Shown one piece after another: positions 55,210 through 64,000 of a stretch of 64,000 bases of DNA. The stretch's first letter is position 1; each line of letters begins with the position of its first letter. Position numbers and translations under genes: made by a program. The notes beneath the pieces are model-generated. The model did no database searches. It was given only the letters and a program-made list of their open reading frames with translations, and was not told where the DNA came from. The stretch spans positions 14,854-78,853 of the forward strand of contig DATHWE010000093.1 of NCBI GenBank assembly GCA_035460905.1, in the 5' to 3' direction. This DNA comes from Methylophilaceae bacterium. Its GTDB lineage: Bacteria > Pseudomonadota > Gammaproteobacteria > Burkholderiales > Methylophilaceae.

Positions 55210-56220
55210 ATGAAAATTCTGGTTGTCGGTGGCGCCGGATATATCGGCAGCCATACCTGTGTTGCCTTGCAGCAAGCCGGTTACAAGGTGCTGGTGCTGG
55301 ATAATTTCTCCAACAGCAAGGCGGAAGGGCTGCGCCGGGTCAGTTCGATCACGGGCAAGGATGTTCCCGTGATACTTGGGGACATACGCAAGCGCGACGG
55401 GCTGCGCAGGATTTTCGGTAAATACGCAATCGGCGGGGTGATTCATTTCGCAGGCATGAAAGCAGTAGGCGAGTCCGTAGAAAAACCGCTGGCATATTAC
55501 GACAACAACGTCTGGGGTAGCGTAGCCCTGGCTGAGGTCATGGCTGAATTCGACGTCAAGACGCTGGTGTTCAGCTCTTCCGCGACAGTGTACGGCGATC
55601 CGGTTAGCCTGCCGATCCGCGAGGATTTTCCGGTCGGGCCGACCAATCCCTACGGCCAGACCAAATTGATGGCCGAAAAAATATACGGGGATCTGGCCAA
55701 ATCGGACCCCACCTGGAAAATCGGGCTGCTGCGGTATTTCAATCCCGTGGGCGCCCATCCCAGCGGACTGATAGGCGAGGACCCCAACGGCATACCCAAC
55801 AATCTGATGCCGTATATCAGCCAGGTGGCTGTCGGCCGCCGCGACAGGCTGGCGGTGTTCGGCAACGATTATCCGACGGTGGACGGCACCGGTGTTCGCG
55901 ATTACATCCATGTGATGGATCTGGCAGAAGGACATGTCAGCGCCTTGCGCTGGCTGCAGGAGCAGGCCGGCGTCCATACATTCAACCTTGGCACGGGGCG
56001 GGGGTGTAGCGTACTGGAGATGATAAACGCCTTCGAGCATGCCTCGGGACGAACCATTCCCTACCAGTTTTCACCGCGCCGCCCGGGGGATGTGGCCGAA
56101 ATGTTTGCCGACCCCAGCAAGGCCGAAAAGGAGTTGGGCTGGAGGGCGCAGCGCAGTATCGACGAAATGTGCGCCGACTCCTGGAACTGGCAAAGAAACA
56201 ATCCGAAGGGCTATGCATGA
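55210..56220 (+). CDS. galE: UDP-glucose 4-epimerase
   Basis: GGAGYIGSH, KAVGES, SSSATVYG, YGQTK, LRYFNPVGAH, RDYIHV. Confidence 0.95.
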   Translation: MKILVVGGAGYIGSHTCVALQQAGYKVLVLDNFSNSKAEGLRRVSSITGKDVPVILGDIRKRDGLRRIFGKYAIGGVIHFAGMKAVGESVEKPLAYYDNNVWGSVALAEVMAEFDVKTLVFSSSATVYGDPVSLPIREDFPVGPTNPYGQTKLMAEKIYGDLAKSDPTWKIGLLRYFNPVGAHPSGLIGEDPNGIPNNLMPYISQVAVGRRDRLAVFGNDYPTVDGTGVRDYIHVMDLAEGHVSALRWLQEQAGVHTFNLGTGRGCSVLEMINAFEHASGRTIPYQFSPRRPGDVAEMFADPSKAEKELGWRAQRSIDEMCADSWNWQRNNPKGYA

Positions 56221-56263
56221 TGCATTGCCTAATCATCAATAACGGCAAGCGTTAGGTCGAGCC

Positions 56264-58090
56264 ATGTGTGGCATCGTCGGCGCCCTGGCGCAGCGCAATA
56301 TAGTACCGCTCCTGCTGGAGGGGCTGAGCCGTCTCGAGTATCGTGGTTATGACTCGGCCGGCCTGCTGGTACTCGATCCTGCCGGTTTTCAACGAGTACG
56401 TACCGTCGGAAGAGTCGCAGAGCTGCGGTCGCGCAGTGATGCGCTCAAGGGCGAGGCAGGCATTGCGCATACACGCTGGGCAACGCACGGTGTCCCGAGC
56501 GAACGCAACGCCCACCCGCACATCAGCCGCGAACGAATCGCAGTCGTGCATAACGGCATCATCGAGAACCATGAGGATCTTCGCAGGGAATTGATCAGCG
56601 AAGGTTATGCCTTCGACTCTGACACCGATACGGAGGTGATTGCGCATCTCGTTCATCGCAGCCTGTCAGGTCATGGCTCCCTGCTCGAAGCCACCCGTGA
56701 CGCCCTGGCGCGGGTAAAGGGCGCCTATGCCATTTGCGTCGCCGCCGCGCACGATCCGCACCGGCTGGTATGTGCCAGACGCGGCAGCCCGCTGCTGATT
56801 GGCATAGGCAAAGGGGAGCACTATGTCGCTTCCGACGCATCGGCGTTGCTGACGATCACGAATCGCATCGTGCATCTCGAAGAAGGCGATGTCGCCGAAC
56901 TGACGCGATACGGCTATCGCATCTGGAATGAGGGCGGCAAACCTGTCGAGCGGCAGGCTCGTAAATCTTCGCTCAGACATGAAAATGTCGAGCTCGGACA
57001 GTACAGCCATTACATGCAGAAGGAAATCTTCGAGCAACCACAGGCGCTGGAAGAAACCCTGGAGTCGCTTTGCGGCAAATCGCAACTGAAATCGAGCATC
57101 TTCGGCGAGCATGCCCCGGCGGCACTTTCAGAGATCAATCGCGTCCTTATCCTGGCATGCGGAACCAGTTACCACGCGGGGCTTGTCGCGCGATACTGGC
57201 TGGAAGACATCGCCGGCATTCCCTGTGATGTGGAGATTGCGAGCGAATACCGCTATCGGGCAAGCGTTCCCAATCCGCGGACGCTGGTCATCGCGATTTC
57301 GCAGTCGGGAGAGACCGCCGACACGCTGGCGGCGCTTCAGCATGCCGCCGCCCAGGGCATGCGCCATGCCCTGGCTATCTGCAATGTCGATGAAAGTTCC
57401 CTGACCAGGCATGCCAGACTGAAATTGCTCACTCGCGCCGGGCCGGAGATCGGCGTGGCCTCTACCAAAGCCTTCACCACCCAGCTTGCCGGCCTTTTCA
57501 TACTGACGCTGATCCTGGCGCAGGAGTTCGGTCGTCTGGAGATCGAGCGCGAACGCATACTCTTCCGTGAAATCCGCAAATTGCCGACCCTTGTGCGCAA
57601 TGTCCTCGAACTGGAACCTGCGATCGCGCAGCTGGCTACGCGCTTTGCCGATAAAAAACATGCCCTGTTTCTGGGGCGCGGTCTCCATTACCCGATTGCC
57701 ATGGAAGGGGCGCTTAAGCTCAAGGAAATTTCCTACATCCATGCCGAGGCGTATCCCGCGGGCGAATTGAAGCACGGTCCGCTGGCACTGGTGGATAGCG
57801 AAATGCCCGTCATCTCCGTGGCGCCCAACGACGCCTTGCTCGAGAAACTGAAATCCAACCTGCAGGAAGTCAGCGCGCGGGGCGGTGAGCTATATGTGTT
57901 TGCCGATGCGGATGCCCGCATAACGCACGCCGAGAATATTCATGTGATCCGGCTGCCGGGAAACGCAGGCTATCTGAGCCCCATCCTGCATACCATCCCG
58001 CTGCAATTGCTTGCCTACCATGTGGCCCTGCTGAAGGGAACGGATGTGGACAAACCGCGTAACCTCGCGAAATCGGTCACTGTTGAATAG
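56264..58090 (+). CDS. glmS: Glutamine--fructose-6-phosphate transaminase
   Basis: MCGIVG N-terminus, [36 protein letters not shown]. Confidence 0.97.
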   Translation: MCGIVGALAQRNIVPLLLEGLSRLEYRGYDSAGLLVLDPAGFQRVRTVGRVAELRSRSDALKGEAGIAHTRWATHGVPSERNAHPHISRERIAVVHNGIIENHEDLRRELISEGYAFDSDTDTEVIAHLVHRSLSGHGSLLEATRDALARVKGAYAICVAAAHDPHRLVCARRGSPLLIGIGKGEHYVASDASALLTITNRIVHLEEGDVAELTRYGYRIWNEGGKPVERQARKSSLRHENVELGQYSHYMQKEIFEQPQALEETLESLCGKSQLKSSIFGEHAPAALSEINRVLILACGTSYHAGLVARYWLEDIAGIPCDVEIASEYRYRASVPNPRTLVIAISQSGETADTLAALQHAAAQGMRHALAICNVDESSLTRHARLKLLTRAGPEIGVASTKAFTTQLAGLFILTLILAQEFGRLEIERERILFREIRKLPTLVRNVLELEPAIAQLATRFADKKHALFLGRGLHYPIAMEGALKLKEISYIHAEAYPAGELKHGPLALVDSEMPVISVAPNDALLEKLKSNLQEVSARGGELYVFADADARITHAENIHVIRLPGNAGYLSPILHTIPLQLLAYHVALLKGTDVDKPRNLAKSVTVE

Positions 58091-58194
58091 CTTGCGGCAT
58101 GAGCCGTTGTCGCCGTCCTGTAGCCCGTACTAAATGACCTTGTAACAATTCGCCTCTATCGTATGCCCATACAAAAAACAGAGGGAACCGGTCG

Positions 58195-59334
58195 ATGAAA
58201 GCCATGATTCTTGCAGCGGGGAAGGGCACTCGTGTGCGCCCTCTGACTTACGAATTGCCCAAGCCGATGATTCCCATCATGGGCAAGCCCGTGATGGAGT
58301 ATCTGGTCGAGTTGCTCGCCCGCCACGGGGTAAACCAGATCATGGTGAATCTGAGCCATCAGCCGCAGCGTATCGAACAGTATTTCGGGGATGGCCACCG
58401 TTTTGGCGTTGAAGTCGGATATTCATTCGAAGGCTACATCCAGAATGACGAGATCGTGCCTTTTGCGCTGGGCTCGGCGGGCGGCATGCGCAAGATCCAT
58501 GACTTCGGCGGCTTCTTCGATGAAACCACGGTCGTTCTATGCGGCGATGCGATCATCGACCTCGATATCACCGCAGCCGTGCGGGAACACAAGCGGCGCG
58601 GCGCCATGGTGAGTCTGGTGGCCAAGCAGGTTCCGTGGAACGAAGTCTCCAGCTATGGTGTGGTCGTTGCAGATTCGGAAGGGCGTATCACGTCGTTCCA
58701 GGAGAAGCCGGCCATCGAAGAAGCAAAGTCCAACTGGATCAACACCGGCATCTATATTTTCGAGCCGGAAGCCTTGAGCCTGATCCCCTCCAATTGCGTG
58801 TTCGATATCGGATCAGACCTGTTCCCGCTGCTCGTCCAGAAAGGCCTGCCATTCTTTGCGCTGCAACAGGATTTCAACTGGATCGATATCGGCAAGGTCT
58901 CCGACTACTGGCAAACCATGCAGCGCGTGATGATGCATGAGGTCGAAGGCATCCGCATGCCGGGGCGTGAAATCCGCCCGGGCGTATGGGTAGGTCTCAA
59001 CGTCAATATCGACTGGCGCGGCACGCGTATCGACGGCCCCGTCTATATCGGCTCCGGCACGCGCATCGAGGCAGGCTGCCAGATTATTGGCCCGACCTGG
59101 ATCGGCCATGGGTGCCATCTGCATGAAAACGTGCATATGACCCGCAGTATCCTGTTCGAGCATACCCGCGTGCGTGCCGGCGTTGATCTCGACGAGCAGA
59201 TTCTGGTGGGTGACTATTGCGTTTCGCGCGAGGGCAAAACCGTGCATGTCGAAGAGGTGGGCATCGAGTGGATCTGGTGCGATGCGCGCATCGTCGGCCT
59301 GCTGGAGCATCAGCAGGCCCTGATGGCCGGCTAG
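58195..59334 (+). CDS. NDP-sugar pyrophosphorylase (mannose-1-phosphate guanylyltransferase-like)
   Basis: LAAGKGTRVRPLT..LPKPM, FQEKP, C-terminal hexapeptide repeats. Confidence 0.88.
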   Translation: MKAMILAAGKGTRVRPLTYELPKPMIPIMGKPVMEYLVELLARHGVNQIMVNLSHQPQRIEQYFGDGHRFGVEVGYSFEGYIQNDEIVPFALGSAGGMRKIHDFGGFFDETTVVLCGDAIIDLDITAAVREHKRRGAMVSLVAKQVPWNEVSSYGVVVADSEGRITSFQEKPAIEEAKSNWINTGIYIFEPEALSLIPSNCVFDIGSDLFPLLVQKGLPFFALQQDFNWIDIGKVSDYWQTMQRVMMHEVEGIRMPGREIRPGVWVGLNVNIDWRGTRIDGPVYIGSGTRIEAGCQIIGPTWIGHGCHLHENVHMTRSILFEHTRVRAGVDLDEQILVGDYCVSREGKTVHVEEVGIEWIWCDARIVGLLEHQQALMAG

Positions 59335-59402
59335 AAAGCGATCCGGCGCCGTAAATGTCGCCCTGCGTGAGCAGGGCGCTTTACTTTTACTGCCTACACT
59401 TC

Positions 59403-60794
59403 ATGCGATATCGACAACAACTCAGCTTCCGCAAGCCCTTGACCCCGGCCATGCTGGTCAAGATGCTGCTCGACCCCATTCTCATTATTCTTACGTTGCT
59501 GATCGTAGCCGGTTATTACGGCGAATCGATCGATGGCAATTACGTGCTGCTGGCGCTGGTCATTTTTGCGCTGACGTTCCCCGGCACTTGGCCGAAACAG
59601 GCCAACATCATGTCCGAAGCCGTGCATATACTCACCAGCTGGCCGATGCTGGTGGGGATACTGCTGTTTTTCGGATATGCCACCACGTTCCTGCAGCATT
59701 TCGCACGCGAAGTCGTGCTGGCCTGGTCCATCATCACGCCGTTTGTCATGCTGACTGCGCATGTGGCGATAAGGCGAATGCAGGTCAGGGTACGCGGCAC
59801 GCAGGAAAGCGTTCGCCGCGCGGTGATTGTGGGCGCCAGCGAGGTCGGAGTGCAATTGCGTGATCGGCTCCAGGAAGAGCCCATGCTCAACATCGAGTTC
59901 GTCGGTTTTTTCGACGACCGCGAAGCGGGGCGCTCGGCCCTGACGCCCGATGAAGCGGGGCAGGTCGTCGGCAAACTGGAGAGTCTGGCGTCCTGCGTAC
60001 GGGAAGAAGCCGTGGATATCATCTACATGGCTTTGCCGATATCCTCGCAACCGCGCATCCTTAAATTGCTCGACGAACTCAAAGACACGACGGTGTCGCT
60101 GTATTTCGTGCCGGATATTTTCATGTTCGACCTGATACAGGCGCGTATCGACGATGTCGGCGGCATGCCGGTCGTGGCCGTATGCGAAACGCCGTTTCAC
60201 GGCATGAACGGGCTGATTAAACGTTCCAGCGATATCGTTCTAGCGGCGCTCATATTGTTATTGATCTCGCCGCTGATGCTGATGCTCGCCTTGGGCGTCA
60301 AACTTAGTTCGCCGGGGCCGGTGTTATTCAAACAGCGCCGGTACGGCCTGGACGGACAGGATATCGTCGTTTACAAGTTCCGCTCGATGACCGTGTGTGA
60401 GGACGGTGACAAGGTCGTTCAGGCGACGCGCAACGACAAACGCGTAACATCCTTCGGCACATTCATTCGCAAAACCTCGCTCGATGAATTGCCGCAGTTC
60501 ATCAACGTCATTCAGGGAAGAATGAGCATCGTAGGCCCTCGGCCGCATGCCGTAGCCCACAATGAGACCTATCGCAAGCTGGTCAAGGGATACATGATCC
60601 GCCACAAGGTCAAGCCGGGCATCACCGGCTGGGCGCAGGTCAACGGATTCCGCGGCGAGACGGACACGCTCGACAAGATGAAAATGCGCATCGATTACGA
60701 CCTCGACTACCTGAGGCAATGGTCGCTGTGGCTGGACTTGAAAATCATTGCGCGCACTGTTTTTCTGGTAGCTGCCGACCGTCAGGCTTACTGA
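59403..60794 (+). CDS. Undecaprenyl-phosphate glucose phosphotransferase (WcaJ/EpsB type)
   Basis: KFRSM, RKTSLDELPQF, MSIVGPRPHA, KPGITGWAQVNG. Confidence 0.93.
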   Translation: MRYRQQLSFRKPLTPAMLVKMLLDPILIILTLLIVAGYYGESIDGNYVLLALVIFALTFPGTWPKQANIMSEAVHILTSWPMLVGILLFFGYATTFLQHFAREVVLAWSIITPFVMLTAHVAIRRMQVRVRGTQESVRRAVIVGASEVGVQLRDRLQEEPMLNIEFVGFFDDREAGRSALTPDEAGQVVGKLESLASCVREEAVDIIYMALPISSQPRILKLLDELKDTTVSLYFVPDIFMFDLIQARIDDVGGMPVVAVCETPFHGMNGLIKRSSDIVLAALILLLISPLMLMLALGVKLSSPGPVLFKQRRYGLDGQDIVVYKFRSMTVCEDGDKVVQATRNDKRVTSFGTFIRKTSLDELPQFINVIQGRMSIVGPRPHAVAHNETYRKLVKGYMIRHKVKPGITGWAQVNGFRGETDTLDKMKMRIDYDLDYLRQWSLWLDLKIIARTVFLVAADRQAY

Positions 60795-61276
60795 TGCAGA
60801 GCTCCCGCGAAAAGTGCGTATTGCTGATGCCAAAAGCATCGAACCCGCTGCGGACGCCGATATCCGAGAAAGGTTTTGACATCGCCTTGCGCGTGATGGG
60901 CGGAGCGGTGTTCATCGTGTTGGTGGCAAGTGTTTTTCTGGTGGGGGCTCAACCGGTCGCCGTCGGGCTTTTTCCTGCGCCATACGACAAGCTGGCGCAT
61001 TTCATCGTTTTCTTCGCAATGACCGTCTCCGCCGGCCTCGCCGGATTGCATGGCGCGCCAATGCTGCTGTTTATGGTCATGCTTGGACTGGGGATGGCGG
61101 ACGAGCTGCATCAGCTTTATCTCCCGGGCCGCTCGGCCGGATGGGACGATCTCACGGTGGATTTTCTTGCCGTTTCCATCGCGGTATTGGCAATGCCGGC
61201 CATCCTGAAGCAGCTTGTCCTGATCGCCGATCTCATCGATCAGGGCAAAAAATCGAATAAAGTCAGTCATTCATAA
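60794..61276 (+). CDS. VanZ-family membrane protein
   Basis: DKLAHF, DELHQLYLPGRSA..DDL. Confidence 0.85.
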   Translation: MQSSREKCVLLMPKASNPLRTPISEKGFDIALRVMGGAVFIVLVASVFLVGAQPVAVGLFPAPYDKLAHFIVFFAMTVSAGLAGLHGAPMLLFMVMLGLGMADELHQLYLPGRSAGWDDLTVDFLAVSIAVLAMPAILKQLVLIADLIDQGKKSNKVSHS

Positions 61277-61386
61277 CTCTTGTACCGGCATCGTAGTATT
61301 TCTGTAACAAAAACATTACATAGTGTGGCGATTCCAAGAAAAAGAATAAGGAGTTTTTTAAATCACACACAAGGGGCTGCTGCAAA

Positions 61387-63168
61387 ATGAATGTTTTGAC
61401 ACATCACAATATAAATAAGACGGTTGAAAGCCCGACCGTCGTCAGATTGCTCAACCATACGTCCCCCGTATCCGAGTCCATCGCCTCGCTCGAAGTGCTC
61501 AACCTGTTTCAGCAACAGTCCGATGTGTTCGCGATTCCCGTTATCAGCGCGGAGAATGTCCCGGTTGGCATCGTCGAGCGGCACGCCTTCGTCGAAATGT
61601 TCATCAAGATATTCACCCGTGAAATCTACGGAAAAAAACCGATTTCGGACTTCATGAACAAATCGCCTATCGTGGTGGACAAGGAGACCGCCATCGATGA
61701 CGTTGCCCGCATCATCATCGACGCCGGCATGCAGCACATGGTTAGCGGCTTTATTGCTACGGATCAAGGCAAATATCTCGGCATTGCAAACGGCCATGAT
61801 CTGCTGGACGAAATCACCCAGCGCAAACAGGCCAGCCTGTTCTATCTCGCGCATTTCGACCAGCTAACCAAACTGCCGAACCGGGTGCTGTTCCTGGATC
61901 GCCTGCAAATGGCGATCCTTGAATCGCAGCGGCAGAAAACCAAAGTCGGCCTGCTGTTCATCGATCTCGACAACTTCAAGCATTTCAACGACTCCATGGG
62001 GCATGGATTCGGCGACAAGCTGCTGCTCGCGGTGGCGACCCGGCTGAGCCACTCCGCGAGGGAAAGCGACACCGTCGCCCGGCTGGCAGGGGACGAGTTC
62101 ACCATCTTGATGGAAAACGTGAACAGTCAGCATGATCTGGACTTGCTATGCAACCGCATCGTGGAAGCCATGGGCCTGCCCTTGCAGATCATGGGGCGCG
62201 AAGTGTTCATCACGGCAAGCATAGGCACGGCCATCTGCCCGGACGACGACCAGGATGCAAACAGCCTGCTGGTCAAGGCCGATGCCGCGATGTACCAGGC
62301 CAAGCGCAGCGGCCGCAACACCTACCGCCACTATGTTTCCGGTATGAATCTGTACTCCATGGACCGCATGTCGCTCGAAACGGATTTACGCACAGCTATT
62401 GAGCGTAACGAATTCGAACTGCACTATCAGCCTCAAGTATCGTTGCCGACAGGCAAGGTGTCTGGAAACGAAGCCTTGTTGCGCTGGCATCACCCGGAGC
62501 GGGGTCTGTTGCCTCCGATTCATTTCATCGAAATTGCCGAAGAAACAGGCCTGATCGTGCAAATAGGGGAGTGGGTTCTCAGAGAAGCCTGTCGACAGCA
62601 CATGGAATGGATACACAAAGGTCTGGAGCCCATCCGGATATCGGTCAACATTTCCGCGATGCAGTTCTACCAGCAGGAATTCAGCAGCATGGTACGCAAC
62701 ATCATTTTCGAAAGCGGCATGGAGCCGATATATCTGGAACTCGAACTCACGGAAAGCCTGTTCATGCATGATGTCGATGCCGTGCTCAAGACCCTGCATG
62801 AACTGCACGATCTGGGCGTACGTCTGGCCATCGACGACTTCGGCACGGGTTACTCCAACCTGAGTTACCTCAGGCGCTTTCCCATCGACCGGCTCAAGGT
62901 TGACCAATCCTTTATTCGCGATATCGAACGCGAGCCGGTCAACGCAGAAATCGTCAAGGCCATCGCAACGCTGGGCAAGAGCATGTCGCTGGAACTGGTC
63001 GCCGAAGGCGTGGAAACTGACAGCGAACTGCATCTGGCAGAAACCAGCGGTTGTGACTTCGTGCAAGGCTATCGATTTTCCAGACCATTGCCAGCCAACC
63101 AGTTCGAGGCATGGGTCAGGGATAGCATTGAGAACGCCCAGACGCTATCTGAGGCTTGTATAAAATAA
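61387..63168 (+). CDS. CBS-GGDEF-EAL protein
   Basis: N-terminal CBS pair; RESD...AGDEF; EALLRW; DDFGTGYS. Confidence 0.9.
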   Translation: MNVLTHHNINKTVESPTVVRLLNHTSPVSESIASLEVLNLFQQQSDVFAIPVISAENVPVGIVERHAFVEMFIKIFTREIYGKKPISDFMNKSPIVVDKETAIDDVARIIIDAGMQHMVSGFIATDQGKYLGIANGHDLLDEITQRKQASLFYLAHFDQLTKLPNRVLFLDRLQMAILESQRQKTKVGLLFIDLDNFKHFNDSMGHGFGDKLLLAVATRLSHSARESDTVARLAGDEFTILMENVNSQHDLDLLCNRIVEAMGLPLQIMGREVFITASIGTAICPDDDQDANSLLVKADAAMYQAKRSGRNTYRHYVSGMNLYSMDRMSLETDLRTAIERNEFELHYQPQVSLPTGKVSGNEALLRWHHPERGLLPPIHFIEIAEETGLIVQIGEWVLREACRQHMEWIHKGLEPIRISVNISAMQFYQQEFSSMVRNIIFESGMEPIYLELELTESLFMHDVDAVLKTLHELHDLGVRLAIDDFGTGYSNLSYLRRFPIDRLKVDQSFIRDIEREPVNAEIVKAIATLGKSMSLELVAEGVETDSELHLAETSGCDFVQGYRFSRPLPANQFEAWVRDSIENAQTLSEACIK

Positions 63169-63412
63169 AATTTGAAAGTGGCCTCGAGCCATCGCCGTAA
63201 CTTACACGATCTCTGATCTTTTCGGTTAGAGAATCTGCTGAGCAGGATTTAGCAATTAGTTGTCGTAATGGATTCGTGCCCCAGATTGTCCCGTACTTGC
63301 CTGATATCCATTGCTGCCGCCATATTGATTGGCATAGTAGGTGACTACAACTTTAAGGAAGGGTTACATCTTTAAGCGCCGCCTTTTTGATGGTTTGAAT
63401 GATGCATCTATC

Positions 63413-63440
63413 ATTTAACATAATATACATTATGCGAAGT
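63413..63440 (-). other. dif site (XerCD recombination site)
   Basis: Minus strand reads ACTTCGCATAA-TGTATA-TTATGTTAAAT (XerC arm, spacer, canonical XerD arm) in an AT-rich intergenic region. Confidence 0.93.
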
Positions 63441-63627
63441 TAAAATTATTTTTGATGGTGATCAAAACTAAGCTTAAGTTGGCGTTGGTCATTATAAAAA
63501 TGGCCTCCGCTCTTCTGTTTTCAAGTTGACAAAATGACGGCACAGAATGCGATCAGCCAATGGGCTGAGGCCACTCATAAAAAGCTGCCCCAGCCGGCCA
63601 AACCAACTCTCATTTCTAACCAGCTTT

Positions 63628-63966
63628 TTATAGCTCGACGCTTTTAACCGCATCAAGTGCACGCGCAGAATAGACAAGAGCTGCGCCAGCATTCATGGCG
63701 ACAGCGACGCCTAGAGCCTCGGAGATTTCGGCTTCCGTAGCTCCTTCTTTGACGGCTTCCTTCGCATGAACGGTAATACAACCATCACATCGGGTTGTGA
63801 CAGCAACCGCCAGGGAGATCAGCTGACGTGTCTTTGCATCAAGATGATTGGTTTTTGACCCTGCGCCACTTGCTGTCATGTAGCCATTCACTGTATCAGG
63901 ACTCAGTTTTGCCAAGTCGCCAATACGTCCTATCAGCTCGTCTCGATAACCGTTCCAATCCATCAT
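63628..63966 (-). CDS. Carboxymuconolactone decarboxylase/AhpD-family protein
   Basis: GGAGGAG RBS; LDAKTRQLISLAVAVTTRCDGCITVH. Confidence 0.9.
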   Translation of the reverse strand: MMDWNGYRDELIGRIGDLAKLSPDTVNGYMTASGAGSKTNHLDAKTRQLISLAVAVTTRCDGCITVHAKEAVKEGATEAEISEALGVAVAMNAGAALVYSARALDAVKSVEL

Positions 63967-64000
63967 TTTCAAACTCCTCCAGTTGATAATAAAAATCTTG

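Noticed and set aside
1-64000. CRISPR arrays, tRNA/rRNA, IS elements or integrases
   Set aside because: None recognised in the sequence or the ORF track

Overview
A 64-kb betaproteobacterial cell-envelope super-locus. The gene set resembles Methylophilaceae/Nitrosomonadales; that taxonomy is inferred. The locus ends at a canonical chromosomal dif site (63413-63440, minus strand). It has four parts. (i) An exosortase-B (XrtB/EpsH) PEP-CTERM/exopolysaccharide system: epsA LuxR regulator, five PEP-CTERM proteins, CAAX protease, epsL, epsDEFG-xrtB-epsI, flippase, pyruvyltransferase, five GT4s, Wzy-like polymerase, GH-A lipoprotein, radical SAM, galE, glmS, nucleotidyltransferase, WcaJ-type priming transferase and VanZ. 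(ii) A module of PstS-like protein, TpsB, 3613-aa TpsA, DUF2341-ExbB, two ExbD, TonB, putative porin and coiled-coil protein, with no TonB-dependent receptor. (iii) A second exosortase with an IPTL-CTERM subtilase, interrupted by a LapG-like protease. (iv) GGDEF-EAL proteins at both ends. Main non-annotation signals: a 16-bp palindrome (TAGTCC-N4-GGACTA and variants) upstream of dsbC, the tpsB operon and most sorting-signal genes (candidate EpsA box); a TonB-box-like C-terminal strand and a LapG-type TAAG site in TpsA; a phage-tail-fibre-like domain inserted in TpsA; Pho-box-like direct repeats; and an anti-SD sRNA candidate. All family assignments come from motif recognition by eye; no searches were run.
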